Positions 19,345-29,324 of a DNA stretch of 64,000 nt are shown here, one piece after another. The notes below the pieces were generated by a model. The model searched no databases. It was given only the letters and a program-made list of their open reading frames with translations, and was not told the origin of the DNA. Numbering within the stretch: position 1 is the stretch's first letter; each line of letters begins with the position of its first letter. This stretch comes from Chromatiaceae bacterium (GTDB lineage: Bacteria; Pseudomonadota; Gammaproteobacteria; Chromatiales; Chromatiaceae). Made by a program: the position numbers and the translations under genes. Location of the stretch: assembly GCA_024235315.1 (NCBI GenBank), contig JACKMP010000005.1, positions 99,372 through 163,371 on the forward strand. The letters are read 5' to 3'.

Positions 19345-20136
19345 ATGACAAAACTTCGGGAAATACTGAGTCACCTGAGCCTTGTTGCAATTCTGGGCAC
19401 CGGCCTGGTGCCGACGGCCGCGGCGACGCCAATCAATACGCGCAGCGCGTTCAAGGCAGAGGTCGCCGAGGCTGACCTCGTCCTCAGCCGCCAGGGCTTC
19501 AACCAGGTCGAAAACGCCAAAAACGGCGGACAGCGTTCATTTGCCACGACGGCACTGGATCTGGGCGACTTCAGCATGCGAATGGAAAGCGACGAAGATG
19601 TCAGAACACCGAAGTTCAAGAAGCTCAGGAACGGCAAACGCGTCGGCCTCAACCGCGTGACCAAAAAAGCCTGGCTGCGCGTGAACAAGACAAAGTTCGC
19701 CCGCGTGAAGATCAAGAACGGGGTCGACCTGGTACTGGAATTCGACGACCCGATCTACGCGTTCGGGGCCACGTTCCGGGGCCTGAACAACGGCACTGCG
19801 GATACCACCATCGTGCTGCAGGAGCTGACGGGCACCGATCCGATCGAACTGGATCCCTCCAAGACTCTGCGCAACACGAGCAAGTCGTTCTTCGGCTTCG
19901 TTTCCGATGTCGGCATCACATCGATCACCTTCACCGGGCACGATGTCTTCGGCATGGACGGCCTGATATTCGGGAAGAAACCGATACTCGCCGCCCTGCC
20001 GACCAGTCTCGTCCTGCAGGACAATGCCGTACCGCTTCCTGGCACCCTGTTACTGATCGGCCTCGGCCTGCTCGGGGCGAGCGCTGCCCGCTTGCGCCGG
20101 CAGCACCCGGTCGGATCGACGCCTAACGGGGTTTGA
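19345..20136 (+). CDS. PEP-CTERM (VPLPx-CTERM) exosortase-sorted surface protein
   Basis: Signal peptide ending TAAA; C-terminal VPLPGT + hydrophobic LLLIGLGLLGASAA + basic RLRR. Confidence 0.85.
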   Translation: MTKLREILSHLSLVAILGTGLVPTAAATPINTRSAFKAEVAEADLVLSRQGFNQVENAKNGGQRSFATTALDLGDFSMRMESDEDVRTPKFKKLRNGKRVGLNRVTKKAWLRVNKTKFARVKIKNGVDLVLEFDDPIYAFGATFRGLNNGTADTTIVLQELTGTDPIELDPSKTLRNTSKSFFGFVSDVGITSITFTGHDVFGMDGLIFGKKPILAALPTSLVLQDNAVPLPGTLLLIGLGLLGASAARLRRQHPVGSTPNGV

Positions 20137-21565
20137 CATCCCCGGCCACGGCGGCCTCGGACGCAGATTCGTCAGAAGCTGCACCTGGGATGCCGGCAGT
20201 GGTGCCGGCGCCGAGGATCGGCGGCAGATCAGCGGTCAACGCGGCAGCATCTCTGGCCGCGGTATCGACGGCCAAATCCGGCAGATACATCTCGATCTGC
20301 CGGTCCAGCAGCGTCACCAATGCCCGCCGGTCCATCTGGTACCAGACATAGGCGCCGCCCCCGATCAGCAACGAAAGCACCACGACCCAACCCAACCCGC
20401 TGCCATGCCGCGGCGGCGGACGGCGACCGGATGGATAAGGCGCCAGCCGCTCGGCCGGTTCGTGCGCGTCGTGATCCGGCTCGGGCCGATGGCGCTGTCT
20501 GTGCACCCGTGGCCCACGGCGGCCTCCAAAGGTTTCCTCCAGACTGGGCACGATATCCGCAGCGCCTACCAACGGGGCTGCGGCGTGCGGCCGGGGCATC
20601 ACCACTTTTTTCTGTTCGCGCAGCAGCTCCTCGGCATTCGCGAACACCGGCTCCCTGGCGCCATTGCCCGCCTCTGTTGCGTCTTCCTCGTGCTCCGGCT
20701 CGTCAATGAATTCGGTGTTGAGTGTCGAGCCGAGACCCACGGGCACATGGCTGAGGCGCTCTTCCGACAGTTCCTGGAACACGGTCTTGGCATCTTCCAC
20801 GCCGAGCACCGCCTTTTCCTCCACGGCACCATGTAACAACAGCCGACTGCAGAACTGGTTGATGCGGCGGGGCACGCCTTGACAGGCCGCCTCGATTACC
20901 GGCAGAACCGACGCCTTGATCCGTGGGAAATTGTTCCATCCAACGACCTTGAGCCGGTGCAGGATGTACGCCGCCGTCTGCTCCTGGGTCAACGCATTCA
21001 GATGTGCCGCCGCGGTCACCCGCTGACGCAACTGCTCCAACCTCGGGTCCGCCAGTTTTTCGCGCAAGCCTTCCTGGCCAACGAGAAAGATCTGCAGCAG
21101 TGGCTTGCCTTGAATCTGCAGGTTGGTTAGCAGTCGAAGCTCTTCAAGCGCATTGAGGCTCAGGTTCTGCGCCTCATCGACCACCAGCAATGGCGGACGC
21201 CCATCCTGATGTGACTGGGTGAAAAGTTGCTTGATCCGCTGCAGCACCGTCGCGGTATCCAGACCCTCGACGTTGATGCCGAATTCGTACGCCGCGGAGC
21301 GCAGGATATCGTTGGCCTCGAGCATGGTATTGACCAGGGTCGCCACCAGGTAATCGGAGGGGCCGTAATCCGAGAGCAGATCGTTGATCAGTGTCGTCTT
21401 GCCCATACCGGGGGCGCCGGTCACGACCACGAAACCTTCCGCTGCCTGCAGCGCATACTGCATGTAGGCGCGCCCCTTGGCAAAACTCGGATAACGATAG
21501 CAAAAGGCGTGATCTGGGCTCAGGCGAAACGGGTCGCCTCTGAGTCGGTAATAGGCCTTGTACAT
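20123..21565 (-). CDS. ExeA-like / XrtA PEP-CTERM system-associated AAA ATPase with C-terminal TM anchor
   Basis: MYKAYY.L...PF.LSPD, Walker A GAPGMGKTT, Walker B VVDEAQNL, LVGQ, GVPRRIN.FCSRLLL.G; TM GWVVVLSLLIGGGAYVWY. Confidence 0.88.
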   Translation of the reverse strand: MYKAYYRLRGDPFRLSPDHAFCYRYPSFAKGRAYMQYALQAAEGFVVVTGAPGMGKTTLINDLLSDYGPSDYLVATLVNTMLEANDILRSAAYEFGINVEGLDTATVLQRIKQLFTQSHQDGRPPLLVVDEAQNLSLNALEELRLLTNLQIQGKPLLQIFLVGQEGLREKLADPRLEQLRQRVTAAAHLNALTQEQTAAYILHRLKVVGWNNFPRIKASVLPVIEAACQGVPRRINQFCSRLLLHGAVEEKAVLGVEDAKTVFQELSEERLSHVPVGLGSTLNTEFIDEPEHEEDATEAGNGAREPVFANAEELLREQKKVVMPRPHAAAPLVGAADIVPSLEETFGGRRGPRVHRQRHRPEPDHDAHEPAERLAPYPSGRRPPPRHGSGLGWVVVLSLLIGGGAYVWYQMDRRALVTLLDRQIEMYLPDLAVDTAARDAAALTADLPPILGAGTTAGIPGAASDESASEAAVAGDVKPR

Positions 21566-21596
21566 AGAGATCCCGCTCGCAAGGATGATTGAAGGT

Positions 21597-21623
21597 TGAT
21601 CGGCTGTCGTCCTTCGAAGTTGA
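21597..21623 (-). promoter_or_regulatory. Putative sigma28 (FliA) promoter of the ATPase gene
   Basis: Minus strand TCAAC-N14-GCCGATCA versus FliA consensus TAAAG/TCAAG-N14-GCCGATAA; ends 32 nt before the ATG. Confidence 0.55.
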
Positions 21624-21702
21624 GGGGGCAGCAATATCGCCGGGTTGCCCGATTGTCAGGCTCGGCGGCGACGACACCCACCGACAGCGGCACCGGCCAT
21701 GG

Positions 21703-22326
21703 TCATGCCTCGAAAAGACTGACGTCGCCTTTTCCGACCCGCCGCACCTTTGGTGTCTCATCATGAAGATCGATCACGCTGGTCGGTTCGAAACCGCAGT
21801 AACCGCCGTCGAGGATCAGGTCGACGCCGTGTCCGAGGATCTGGTTCATCTCGTACGGATCCATCATCGGCATATCGTCGCCCGGCAGTATCAAGGTGCT
21901 GCTCAACAGTGGTTCATTGAGCTCATCGAGCAACGCCATGGCCACGCGATTGTCCGGAATCCTGACGCCGATGGTCTTGCGCTTGGCATGCATCAGGCGT
22001 TTGGGCACCTGCTTGGTCGCTTTGAGAATGAAGGTGTAAGGGCCGGGGGTCAAGTTCTTGATCAGGCGATGCGCCTGGTTGTCCAGCTTGGTGTATGCCG
22101 ACAACTCCGACAGGCTGCGTCCGATCAGCGTGAAGTTGTGATCATCATTGAGTCGCCGGATCTGACGGATACGATCCATCGCCGCCTTGTCGCCGATCTG
22201 GCAACCGATAGCGTAACTTGAGTCGGTCGGATAGATGATGACGCCGCTATCGCGCACGATCTCGACGGCCTGACGGATCAGCCGTGCCTGCGGGTTGTCC
22301 GGGTGGACCTGAAAAAACTGCGACAT
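21703..22326 (-). CDS. yciO: Sua5/YciO/YrdC family protein
   Basis: MSQFFQVHPDNPQARLI, YPTDSSYA, TPGPYTFIL, RKTIGVRIP. Confidence 0.93.
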   Translation of the reverse strand: MSQFFQVHPDNPQARLIRQAVEIVRDSGVIIYPTDSSYAIGCQIGDKAAMDRIRQIRRLNDDHNFTLIGRSLSELSAYTKLDNQAHRLIKNLTPGPYTFILKATKQVPKRLMHAKRKTIGVRIPDNRVAMALLDELNEPLLSSTLILPGDDMPMMDPYEMNQILGHGVDLILDGGYCGFEPTSVIDLHDETPKVRRVGKGDVSLFEA

Positions 22327-22334
22327 TTCTTATT

Positions 22335-23177
22335 TCAATGGCTGATGCGCCAGTCCTTCCAAATCGCGCTACATCCGTCCGGCAGCGCCGGTAGCCTGCC
22401 GAGCTCGATCCATGGGTGCTCGGGGCCGTGGTAATCAGACCCGGCAGACGCCAGCAATCCGAAGTCGCGCGCCAGTACCGCCATGGAAAAACTGTCATCC
22501 CGGCTGTGGCTGCCGGAGACCACCTCGAGCGCCGCACCGCCGACTTCTACGAACTCGCCGATCAGCCGACGCAGCTTGCTGCGAGTCATCTTGTATCTTG
22601 CGGGATGTGCGATCACCGCCTGTCCGCCGGCCAGGCGGATCCAGCGCACCGCCTCCTCGAGGCCCGCCCAGCGTCCGCTGACGAAACCCGGCTTGCCGCC
22701 GACCAGGAACTTGCGGAACACGGCCCGCACGTCGGACGCGTAGCCATTATCCACCAAGAAGCGGGCAAAGTGCGTGCGACTGATCAACCGTCCGTTCGAC
22801 AGGGCGCGGGCACCGGCAAACGCCTCCGGGATTCCGGCTTTGTCCAGGCGACGCCCGATCTCCTGCGCGCGCCAGTCGCGAAACTCACGCAGCCCCGCCA
22901 GTCCGACGCGCAACTCCTCGTTGTCCGGATCCACACCCAGCCCGACGATGTGCACGGTCGCCTCGCCCCAGGTCACCGAAATCTCCACCCCGGGTACAAA
23001 TCCAAGACCGAGTGCACGGGCACTGTCCGCTGCCTCGGCCAGGCCTTCAAGGGTATCGTGGTCAGTCAGCGCCATCACACCAACCCCGGCGGCATGCGCA
23101 CGCCGCATCAGCTGCGCTGGCGCAAGTGTCCCGTCGGAAGCAGTGGAGTGAGCATGCAAATCAAATTGTGGCGACAT
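22335..23177 (-). CDS. PHP-domain phosphoesterase (YciV/TrpH, RNase AM-like)
   Basis: DLHAHSTASDG, ALTDHDT, GVEIS, HIVGL, AHPARY, GSDYHG; adjacent to yciO. Confidence 0.92.
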   Translation of the reverse strand: MSPQFDLHAHSTASDGTLAPAQLMRRAHAAGVGVMALTDHDTLEGLAEAADSARALGLGFVPGVEISVTWGEATVHIVGLGVDPDNEELRVGLAGLREFRDWRAQEIGRRLDKAGIPEAFAGARALSNGRLISRTHFARFLVDNGYASDVRAVFRKFLVGGKPGFVSGRWAGLEEAVRWIRLAGGQAVIAHPARYKMTRSKLRRLIGEFVEVGGAALEVVSGSHSRDDSFSMAVLARDFGLLASAGSDYHGPEHPWIELGRLPALPDGCSAIWKDWRISH

Positions 23178-23282
23178 GGCGGGCATTCTATCAGCAGGCC
23201 CGCAGTCGGCGCGGTGCCCGGCAAAAAACGCGCCACAGCGCACGGATTTCGCCACCCTGGACGCGTGCTAAACTGCCCCGCC

Positions 23283-24017
23283 ATGAGCATGCCCCCGGCC
23301 GACCTCTCCTACCTGCGCGAGCGCGTGCGCGAACTGGCCACGCTGGTCCACGAAACCTGGGAGTCCTCGTGCCGCGACCCGCAGGACGCTGACGACCCGC
23401 GCCCGACCGGCGACGCCCTGTTGCAGCTGATCGATATGCTCGACCACCTGCAGTCGGACGCGCATGTCCCGGGCATAAGCCCGGCTGAACTCAACACCCT
23501 CAGCGAGTACGGCCTGCAGCTGCTCAGTGAACTTGCCGGCACGGCATCACGCCTCGATCACCCGACGCTGGCGGCTGAAATCGAGCATTTGAGCTTCCCC
23601 TATGCCCTTTGGATCGCCCGTCATGGCGGCGAGATCCGGCGTCTGGAATCCGTGGTCAATGCATTGGCGCACTTTGCCAACCAGTCGAGCAGCCCTGAAA
23701 CCATGGCCAGCCTGTATTGCCAGTGCTGCGAGCTGATCGATGCCACCAGCCCTGCAGCAGAGGAAGGCTCGGCCGGCAACCCGAGGAACCCATGGCGTCT
23801 GCTGCTGCTGAATCGGGCCATCGTGGCCACGCGCAGTCTCAATGCTGAATTCATGGAACCCGCGTTCAACGCGATAGTCGAACTGCTGCCGAACGATGCT
23901 GAACGTTTTTTCGCGGAGGGCATGGAGCAGATGGCTGTTATAGATTACCCGGAGCATGTCCGCACAGTGGTCCGACGTTATTACCTCGCCCATGCGGTGC
24001 CGCGGCGCCTTCACTGA
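23283..24017 (+). CDS. Hypothetical helical protein
   Basis: Fills the gap between yciV and ispZ, co-oriented with ispZ, with typical codon usage; no motif recognised. Confidence 0.7.
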   Translation: MSMPPADLSYLRERVRELATLVHETWESSCRDPQDADDPRPTGDALLQLIDMLDHLQSDAHVPGISPAELNTLSEYGLQLLSELAGTASRLDHPTLAAEIEHLSFPYALWIARHGGEIRRLESVVNALAHFANQSSSPETMASLYCQCCELIDATSPAAEEGSAGNPRNPWRLLLLNRAIVATRSLNAEFMEPAFNAIVELLPNDAERFFAEGMEQMAVIDYPEHVRTVVRRYYLAHAVPRRLH

Positions 24018-24038
24018 ACACAACAACGATTCGATCTG

Positions 24039-24587
24039 ATGAAAATTCTCGCTGACCTGTTTCCGGTCATTCTGTTCTTTATCGCCTATCAGCTTTTCGA
24101 TATCTATATCGCAACACAGGTTGCAATCGCCGCGGCCGCGGTACAGGTCGTTTACAACCGGCTGCGATACGGCAAGGTCGAGACCATGCACTGGGTCACG
24201 CTCGGCCTGCTGGTGGTGTTTGGCGGACTCACGCTGGCGTTGCGCGACCCGACATTCATCAAGTGGAAGCCGACCGTGGTGAACTGGCTGTTCGCCGTGG
24301 CTTTCCTCCTCTCGCAGCTGTTCATGAAGCGCAGCCTGCTGCGCCGCATGATGGATCACGCGGTCAATATGCCCGACGCCGCCTGGCTGCGGCTCAATAC
24401 AGCCTGGGTCACGTTCTTTACCGCGATGGGGGTCTTGAACCTTTATATCGCCTACAACTTCTCCGAAGCGGTCTGGGTCAACTTCAAGCTGTTCGGTTTT
24501 CTTGGACTGACCCTGGTGTTCATGCTGGCCCAGGGCTTTTACCTTGCCCGGTTCGTCGAACCGGACGAATCCACTACCGAGGATTGA
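24039..24587 (+). CDS. yciB: Intracellular septation protein A (YciB/IspZ)
   Basis: [28 protein letters not shown]. Confidence 0.95.
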   Translation: MKILADLFPVILFFIAYQLFDIYIATQVAIAAAAVQVVYNRLRYGKVETMHWVTLGLLVVFGGLTLALRDPTFIKWKPTVVNWLFAVAFLLSQLFMKRSLLRRMMDHAVNMPDAAWLRLNTAWVTFFTAMGVLNLYIAYNFSEAVWVNFKLFGFLGLTLVFMLAQGFYLARFVEPDESTTED

Positions 24588-24591
24588 ACCC

Positions 24592-24894
24592 ATGCTCTAC
24601 AGCATCGTCAGTACCGATGTGACCAACAGCCTCCCTTTGCGCAAGGCCGCACGTCCTGCACATCTCGAGCGCCTGCAGCATTTACAGAGGGAGGGGCGAC
24701 TGGTACTCGCGGGACCCAATCCCGCGATTGACAGTGCAGATCCCGGTGACGCCGGCTTCACCGGCAGCCTGATCATCGCCGAATTCGCATGTCTGGAGGA
24801 CGCCTCCGCATGGGCGGATGCAGACCCCTATGTGGCCGCTGGCGTCTATGCCACGGTCACCGTCAAACCGTTCAAGCAGGTCTTTCCGCAATAA
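24592..24894 (+). CDS. yciI: YciI family protein
   Basis: [40 protein letters not shown]. Confidence 0.93.
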   Translation: MLYSIVSTDVTNSLPLRKAARPAHLERLQHLQREGRLVLAGPNPAIDSADPGDAGFTGSLIIAEFACLEDASAWADADPYVAAGVYATVTVKPFKQVFPQ

Positions 24895-24926
24895 GTCGCC
24901 CCGCGTTGGGCAAGGAGTTCGAGGGT

Positions 24927-25742
24927 ATGCGTGGGATCGGATTACGAATCAGCGCCGCGGCATGGTGTCTCCTCGTCTCGGCCACCGTGGCAGGCGAAGA
25001 GCAGGTCACGCCGCAGACTCTGGTCAAGGTCGATGACTTTGCGATCACCAATCTGCATCTTGCGCTGTTCGCCAGCCAGACCGGGCGTGCGCCGGATGAT
25101 GCGGAAGGCCAGATTGCGCTGCTCAATGAGCTGGTCAATAGCGTCATGGTGGCCAATTCCGCGCAGGGCCGGGAACTTGCGGCGCATCCCGAGGTGGCGG
25201 CAGCCCTGGAGGTCGCACGCATCCGTCTGATCGCACAGACCTTCGTGCGCAGTCAGATGCGGCAGACCAAGATCGACGAAGCCAGGTTGCGCGAACTCTA
25301 TGAGTCGGAATATCTGGCAGGCGGCGGCCAGGAATTCAAGGCCCGGCACATCCTGCTCGACAGTGAAAACGCCGCACTGGAGGTCATCGCCGACCTCGAC
25401 AAAGGCGCCGACTTCGCCACCCTCGCCACCGAGCGCTCGATTGGTCCGAGCAAGTCAGTGGGGGGCGACCTCGGCTGGTTCGAACCAGCAGCCATGGTTC
25501 CCGAGTTTTCGGCCGCGACTGCAAAACTGGCTGACGGCGCCTACAGCAAGGCACCGGTCAAGACGCAATTCGGCTGGCATGTCATTCTGCGCGAAGCGAG
25601 CCGCGCATTGCCGCCGCCCGACTTCGACAGCGTTCGCCCGGAACTGGAACGCCGGATCCAGCAGGAGCAGGTTGCGAAGGCGATCGATGCGATCCGCAAC
25701 GATGCGCGGATCGAGGTCCAGAACCTCGAAAAGGCCGATTGA
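24927..25742 (+). CDS. Periplasmic PpiC/parvulin peptidyl-prolyl isomerase
   Basis: Signal peptide; KARHIL, GGDLGWF, MVPEF, PVKTQFGWHVI. Confidence 0.92.
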   Translation: MRGIGLRISAAAWCLLVSATVAGEEQVTPQTLVKVDDFAITNLHLALFASQTGRAPDDAEGQIALLNELVNSVMVANSAQGRELAAHPEVAAALEVARIRLIAQTFVRSQMRQTKIDEARLRELYESEYLAGGGQEFKARHILLDSENAALEVIADLDKGADFATLATERSIGPSKSVGGDLGWFEPAAMVPEFSAATAKLADGAYSKAPVKTQFGWHVILREASRALPPPDFDSVRPELERRIQQEQVAKAIDAIRNDARIEVQNLEKAD

Positions 25743-25796
25743 AACCGACGCAGGGCCCTGTGAATGCGGGCCCCGCGTCGCCATGATCCGGCCGCT

Positions 25797-26084
25797 TCAC
25801 TCGTCGGTATTTTTAGCCACCTTGCCGATGCGCCCCAGGGGCACGACGGTGGATGGTGATTTTTCGTCGCTGTAGTAGGGTCGCTCTTGGGCGACACCGG
25901 CAGCGTCCGCCAGTTCACGCTCGCGCAACGAGATCAACCCGAGACACTGTCGCACGTCCTGGATCGTCTGTTCGGACAACGGGTGTTTCATGGCGCGACT
26001 CGGCGGGGTCGTGTCCTTGACGATTTGCGCCAATACCTTGCGCATCACCAAAAGGATTTCTCGTTCTTTGCTGCTGTCTGTCAT
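25797..26084 (-). CDS. Small hypothetical protein downstream of rpoS
   Basis: 95 aa ORF filling the gap; protein-like sequence IL.VMRKVL..IVKDTTP...KHPLSE.TI.D.R.CL.LIS.RE.EL. Confidence 0.7.
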   Translation of the reverse strand: MTDSSKEREILLVMRKVLAQIVKDTTPPSRAMKHPLSEQTIQDVRQCLGLISLRERELADAAGVAQERPYYSDEKSPSTVVPLGRIGKVAKNTDE

Positions 26085-26201
26085 GCGATCCGGGCTCCGT
26101 TACGACCGGCCGACAGAATACCCGAATCGGCGCCTGCGATACCACGACAGCGCAAGGGCCAATCGGCGCGGCGTCACCTGCCCCGCCTTCCCACCAATGG
26201 G

Positions 26202-27188
26202 TCACTTGAAGATCGTATCGATCGAAAAACCTTCCTGTTCGAGGATCCCACGCAGGCGTTTCAGCGCATCCATCTGGATCTGGCGGACACGCTCGCGGGT
26301 CACGCCCAGTTCATTGGCAACCTGCTCGAGCGTCGAGTTTTCGTAGCCATGCAGGCCAAAACGCCGTTCCACCACCTCGCGCTGCTTTTCGTTGAGCTTG
26401 CCTAGCCATTCATCCAGATGCCCTGACAGATCATCGGCCTGGATATGTTCGGTGGGATCTCTTGCGTTCTCGTCGGCAATCGTATCGAGCAGCGGCTTGT
26501 CTGCATCCTTGCCGTACGGCGTGTCGACCGACGTCACACGCTCGTTCAGGCCAAGCATGCGCTTGACTTCGTTGAGTGGCCTGTCGAGGAGGTCGGCGAT
26601 TTCTTCAGCCGTCGGCTCGTGGTCGAGCGTCTGGGTAAGTTGGCGCGCCGCCCTCAGGTAGACGTTGATTTCCTTGACCACGTGGATCGGCAGCCGGATC
26701 GTGCGCGTCTGGTTCATGATCGCACGCTCGATGGTCTGGCGAATCCACCAGGTCGCATAGGTCGAGAAGCGGAAGCCGCGCTCCGGGTCGAATTTCTCGA
26801 CCGCTCTGATCAGACCCAGATTGCCTTCCTCGATCAGGTCGAGAAGTGCCAATCCGCGATTCATGTAGCGACGTGCGATCTTGACCACGAGACGCAGATT
26901 GCATTCGATCATGCGCCGCCTGGCAGCCGCATCTCCCTTCTGTGCAAGCCGCGCGTAGTAGACCTCCTCTTCGGCAGTCAGGAGCTTGGAGAAGCCTATC
27001 TCGTTGAGGTAGAGACGCGTCGCATCGAGTTGGCTGTCGGGAATCTCGCCGGCTGCATACTTGCCATCTTCGTCTGGCTCTTCGATGTCCAGTTCTTTCG
27101 CGTCATCCGCATCGAGATCTGTCTCATCGACCACCTCGTCCAGTTCGTCGACGACTTCCAGATCAACATCCTCGCTCTTTGCGGGCAT
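26202..27188 (-). CDS. rpoS: RNA polymerase sigma factor RpoS
   Basis: [73 protein letters not shown]; follows nlpD. Confidence 0.97.
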   Translation of the reverse strand: MPAKSEDVDLEVVDELDEVVDETDLDADDAKELDIEEPDEDGKYAAGEIPDSQLDATRLYLNEIGFSKLLTAEEEVYYARLAQKGDAAARRRMIECNLRLVVKIARRYMNRGLALLDLIEEGNLGLIRAVEKFDPERGFRFSTYATWWIRQTIERAIMNQTRTIRLPIHVVKEINVYLRAARQLTQTLDHEPTAEEIADLLDRPLNEVKRMLGLNERVTSVDTPYGKDADKPLLDTIADENARDPTEHIQADDLSGHLDEWLGKLNEKQREVVERRFGLHGYENSTLEQVANELGVTRERVRQIQMDALKRLRGILEQEGFSIDTIFK

Positions 27189-27244
27189 GCCCCCTCCATC
27201 ACTTTGTGACTACGCCTGTCAGACCCGTGCACACGACCGTACGA

Positions 27245-28000
27245 TCACCGTCGCGGCAACAGCCCCAGGGGATCGACAGGTTTACCGTCGCGTCTGATTT
27301 CGAAATGCAGTAGCGGGTTGCCATTGTTGGCAGTGCCCATCTCTGCAATGTCTTGTCCTTTGGTGACCTGATCGCCTTCTTTGACCAGGATCGATCTGTT
27401 GTGCCCGTAAGCACTCAGATAATTATCATTATGTTTGACGATGATAAGCTGCCCGTAGCCGATCAGTCCACTACCGCTATACACGACCTTTCCGGCCTCG
27501 GCGGCCTTGATCGGGAGACCGTTGCGACCGGCTATCTTGATGCCGTTTCGCAATGGATCGTCCGCCTTGAACGACGATACGATCTGGCCACGAGCAGGCC
27601 AGATCCAAGCAAGCCGCCGTGTCGGTGATGGAGCAGGTTCGGGTTTACGCTGGGGCCGCTTTTCCGGATTGACGGTTGCTCGTGCTGCGGTCGTTGACGC
27701 GGGTGGTGGAGGCCTTCTGGCCGGAGGCGGCGTGAGGCGAAGCGTCTGCCCGGTAAAGATGTGGTAAGGAGGACGTATCCCATTCCACGCGGCGATCAGG
27801 CGGTAGTCGACGCCTCGCTGCCACGCGATGCCATACAGCGTGTCACCACGCTGCACGCGATATTCGTCGGCACGCAGCGTGCCACGCACGGGCTTCGGTG
27901 CCGGCGCCCTGCTGCCACGCGTTTCCACCGGCGCACGCCAGCTCGCCGTACAACCCGACAGGTGAACGACAGCGCCAGCAAGGCAGCATGCGAGCAGCAT
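27245..28000 (-). CDS. nlpD: LysM/M23 lipoprotein NlpD
   Basis: Lipobox LSGC, YRVQRGDTLYGIAW LysM, GKVVYSGSGL.GYG.LIIVKHN, SAYGHN, LHFEIR. Start approximate. Confidence 0.92.
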   Translation of the reverse strand: MLLACCLAGAVVHLSGCTASWRAPVETRGSRAPAPKPVRGTLRADEYRVQRGDTLYGIAWQRGVDYRLIAAWNGIRPPYHIFTGQTLRLTPPPARRPPPPASTTAARATVNPEKRPQRKPEPAPSPTRRLAWIWPARGQIVSSFKADDPLRNGIKIAGRNGLPIKAAEAGKVVYSGSGLIGYGQLIIVKHNDNYLSAYGHNRSILVKEGDQVTKGQDIAEMGTANNGNPLLHFEIRRDGKPVDPLGLLPRR

Positions 28001-28085
28001 CCGTCCGCACCAGCCGGACAATACTGTACACAACGATTTCCGTAAGGCTTCGTGCTTCAAATCCCCGGTACTTTGCGACGCCAGA

Positions 28086-28664
28086 TCATGATCTGTAGAT
28101 GATGAATATGATGAGCAGCGCTGCAACCGTCAACCATCCCAGCCAGTCGACCCAGCGGTGCAACCTCTGCTCCATTGCCTCACCACCCCAGGACATCAAC
28201 AGGGCGACCAGGTAGAAGCGCAGGCCGCGCCCGATAAACGATGCCAGCAGGAAGGGCAGGAACGCCATGCTGACGACGCCCGCCGTGATAGTGAACACCT
28301 TGTATGGAATCGGTGAAAAGCCGGCGGCGAAGATGGCGAGGAAGCCCCATTCATCGAACCATTGTTTGGCCAGCGTGAAGGTAGCCGCGTAACGACCCTC
28401 CTCCAGCCAGGGCTGAACGAGTTCAAACGCAAACACGCCGATCAGGTAACCGAACATGCCGCCCAGCACGGAGGCCAGGGTGGTCAAGGTCGCAAACCAC
28501 ACGGCACGGCGCGGTTGTGCCAGGCTCATCGGTGCGAGCATCACGTCAGGCGGAATCGGAAAGAACGAGGATTCGGCAAAACTCAGCCCACCCAGATACC
28601 AGGGCGCGCGTGGATGACGTGCCCAGCGCATCGCCCTTGCATACAATGGCGAAAAGATCTTCAT
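28086..28664 (-). CDS. YqaA/DedA family membrane protein
   Basis: SFAESSFFPIPPDVML.PM, GFSPIPYKVFTI.AG, GRG.RF. Confidence 0.92.
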   Translation of the reverse strand: MKIFSPLYARAMRWARHPRAPWYLGGLSFAESSFFPIPPDVMLAPMSLAQPRRAVWFATLTTLASVLGGMFGYLIGVFAFELVQPWLEEGRYAATFTLAKQWFDEWGFLAIFAAGFSPIPYKVFTITAGVVSMAFLPFLLASFIGRGLRFYLVALLMSWGGEAMEQRLHRWVDWLGWLTVAALLIIFIIYRS

Positions 28665-29324
28665 TCAGGTCACGCCGGTAAGCAGCGGGACGAAGCTCAC
28701 CCGCTCCAGCAGTTCGTGTTCATAACCGTCGCTCGTGCGAATCACCCGCACGAGCGCCTGCTCGTCGCGGCGCCCGATCGGCAGAACCATCCGGCCGCCT
28801 GGGCAAAGCTGCTCCACCAGCGCCAAGGGGATGCCCTCAGGTGCGGCTGTGACGATGATGCCGTCAAACGGCGCATACTCGGGCAGCCCCATGCCCCCGT
28901 CGGTATGCTTGGTGACGATGTTACGTATCTTCAATGCCTGGAAACGGCGACGCGCCTGATCCAGCAGCACCTTGATCCGTTCGACGGTATAGACGCGTCG
29001 CACCAGAGGCGCGAGCACCGCGGTCTGGTACCCTGAACCCGTCCCCACTTCCATGACGCTTTCCAGCGGTCCGGCTTCCAGCAGTGCCTCTGTCATGCGC
29101 GCGACGATATAGGGCTGGGAGATCGTCTGACCGTTACCGATCGGCAGCGCCGTATCCTCGTAGGCGCGACTCGCCAGCGCCTCGTCGACGAACAGGTGGC
29201 GCGGGGTGTTGCGCATGCAGTCGAGTACCTGACGGTCGCGTATGCCTTCATCGCGCAAACGCTGGACCAGACGCTCGCGGGTACGCTGCGAAGTCATGCC
29301 GATACCAAGATGCCCCGGTGTCAT
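28665..29324 (-). CDS. pcm: Protein-L-isoaspartate O-methyltransferase
   Basis: [50 protein letters not shown]. Confidence 0.96.
   Translation of the reverse strand: MTPGHLGIGMTSQRTRERLVQRLRDEGIRDRQVLDCMRNTPRHLFVDEALASRAYEDTALPIGNGQTISQPYIVARMTEALLEAGPLESVMEVGTGSGYQTAVLAPLVRRVYTVERIKVLLDQARRRFQALKIRNIVTKHTDGGMGLPEYAPFDGIIVTAAPEGIPLALVEQLCPGGRMVLPIGRRDEQALVRVIRTSDGYEHELLERVSFVPLLTGVT

Noticed and set aside
22416..23282. 533-aa ORF overlapping yciV
   Set aside because: The first half is an antisense shadow of the PHP gene, common in GC-rich DNA; the plausible start is 23283.
24895..24926. No bolA between yciI and ppiC
   Set aside because: bolA presence at this site varies among lineages; uninformative without the rest of the genome.
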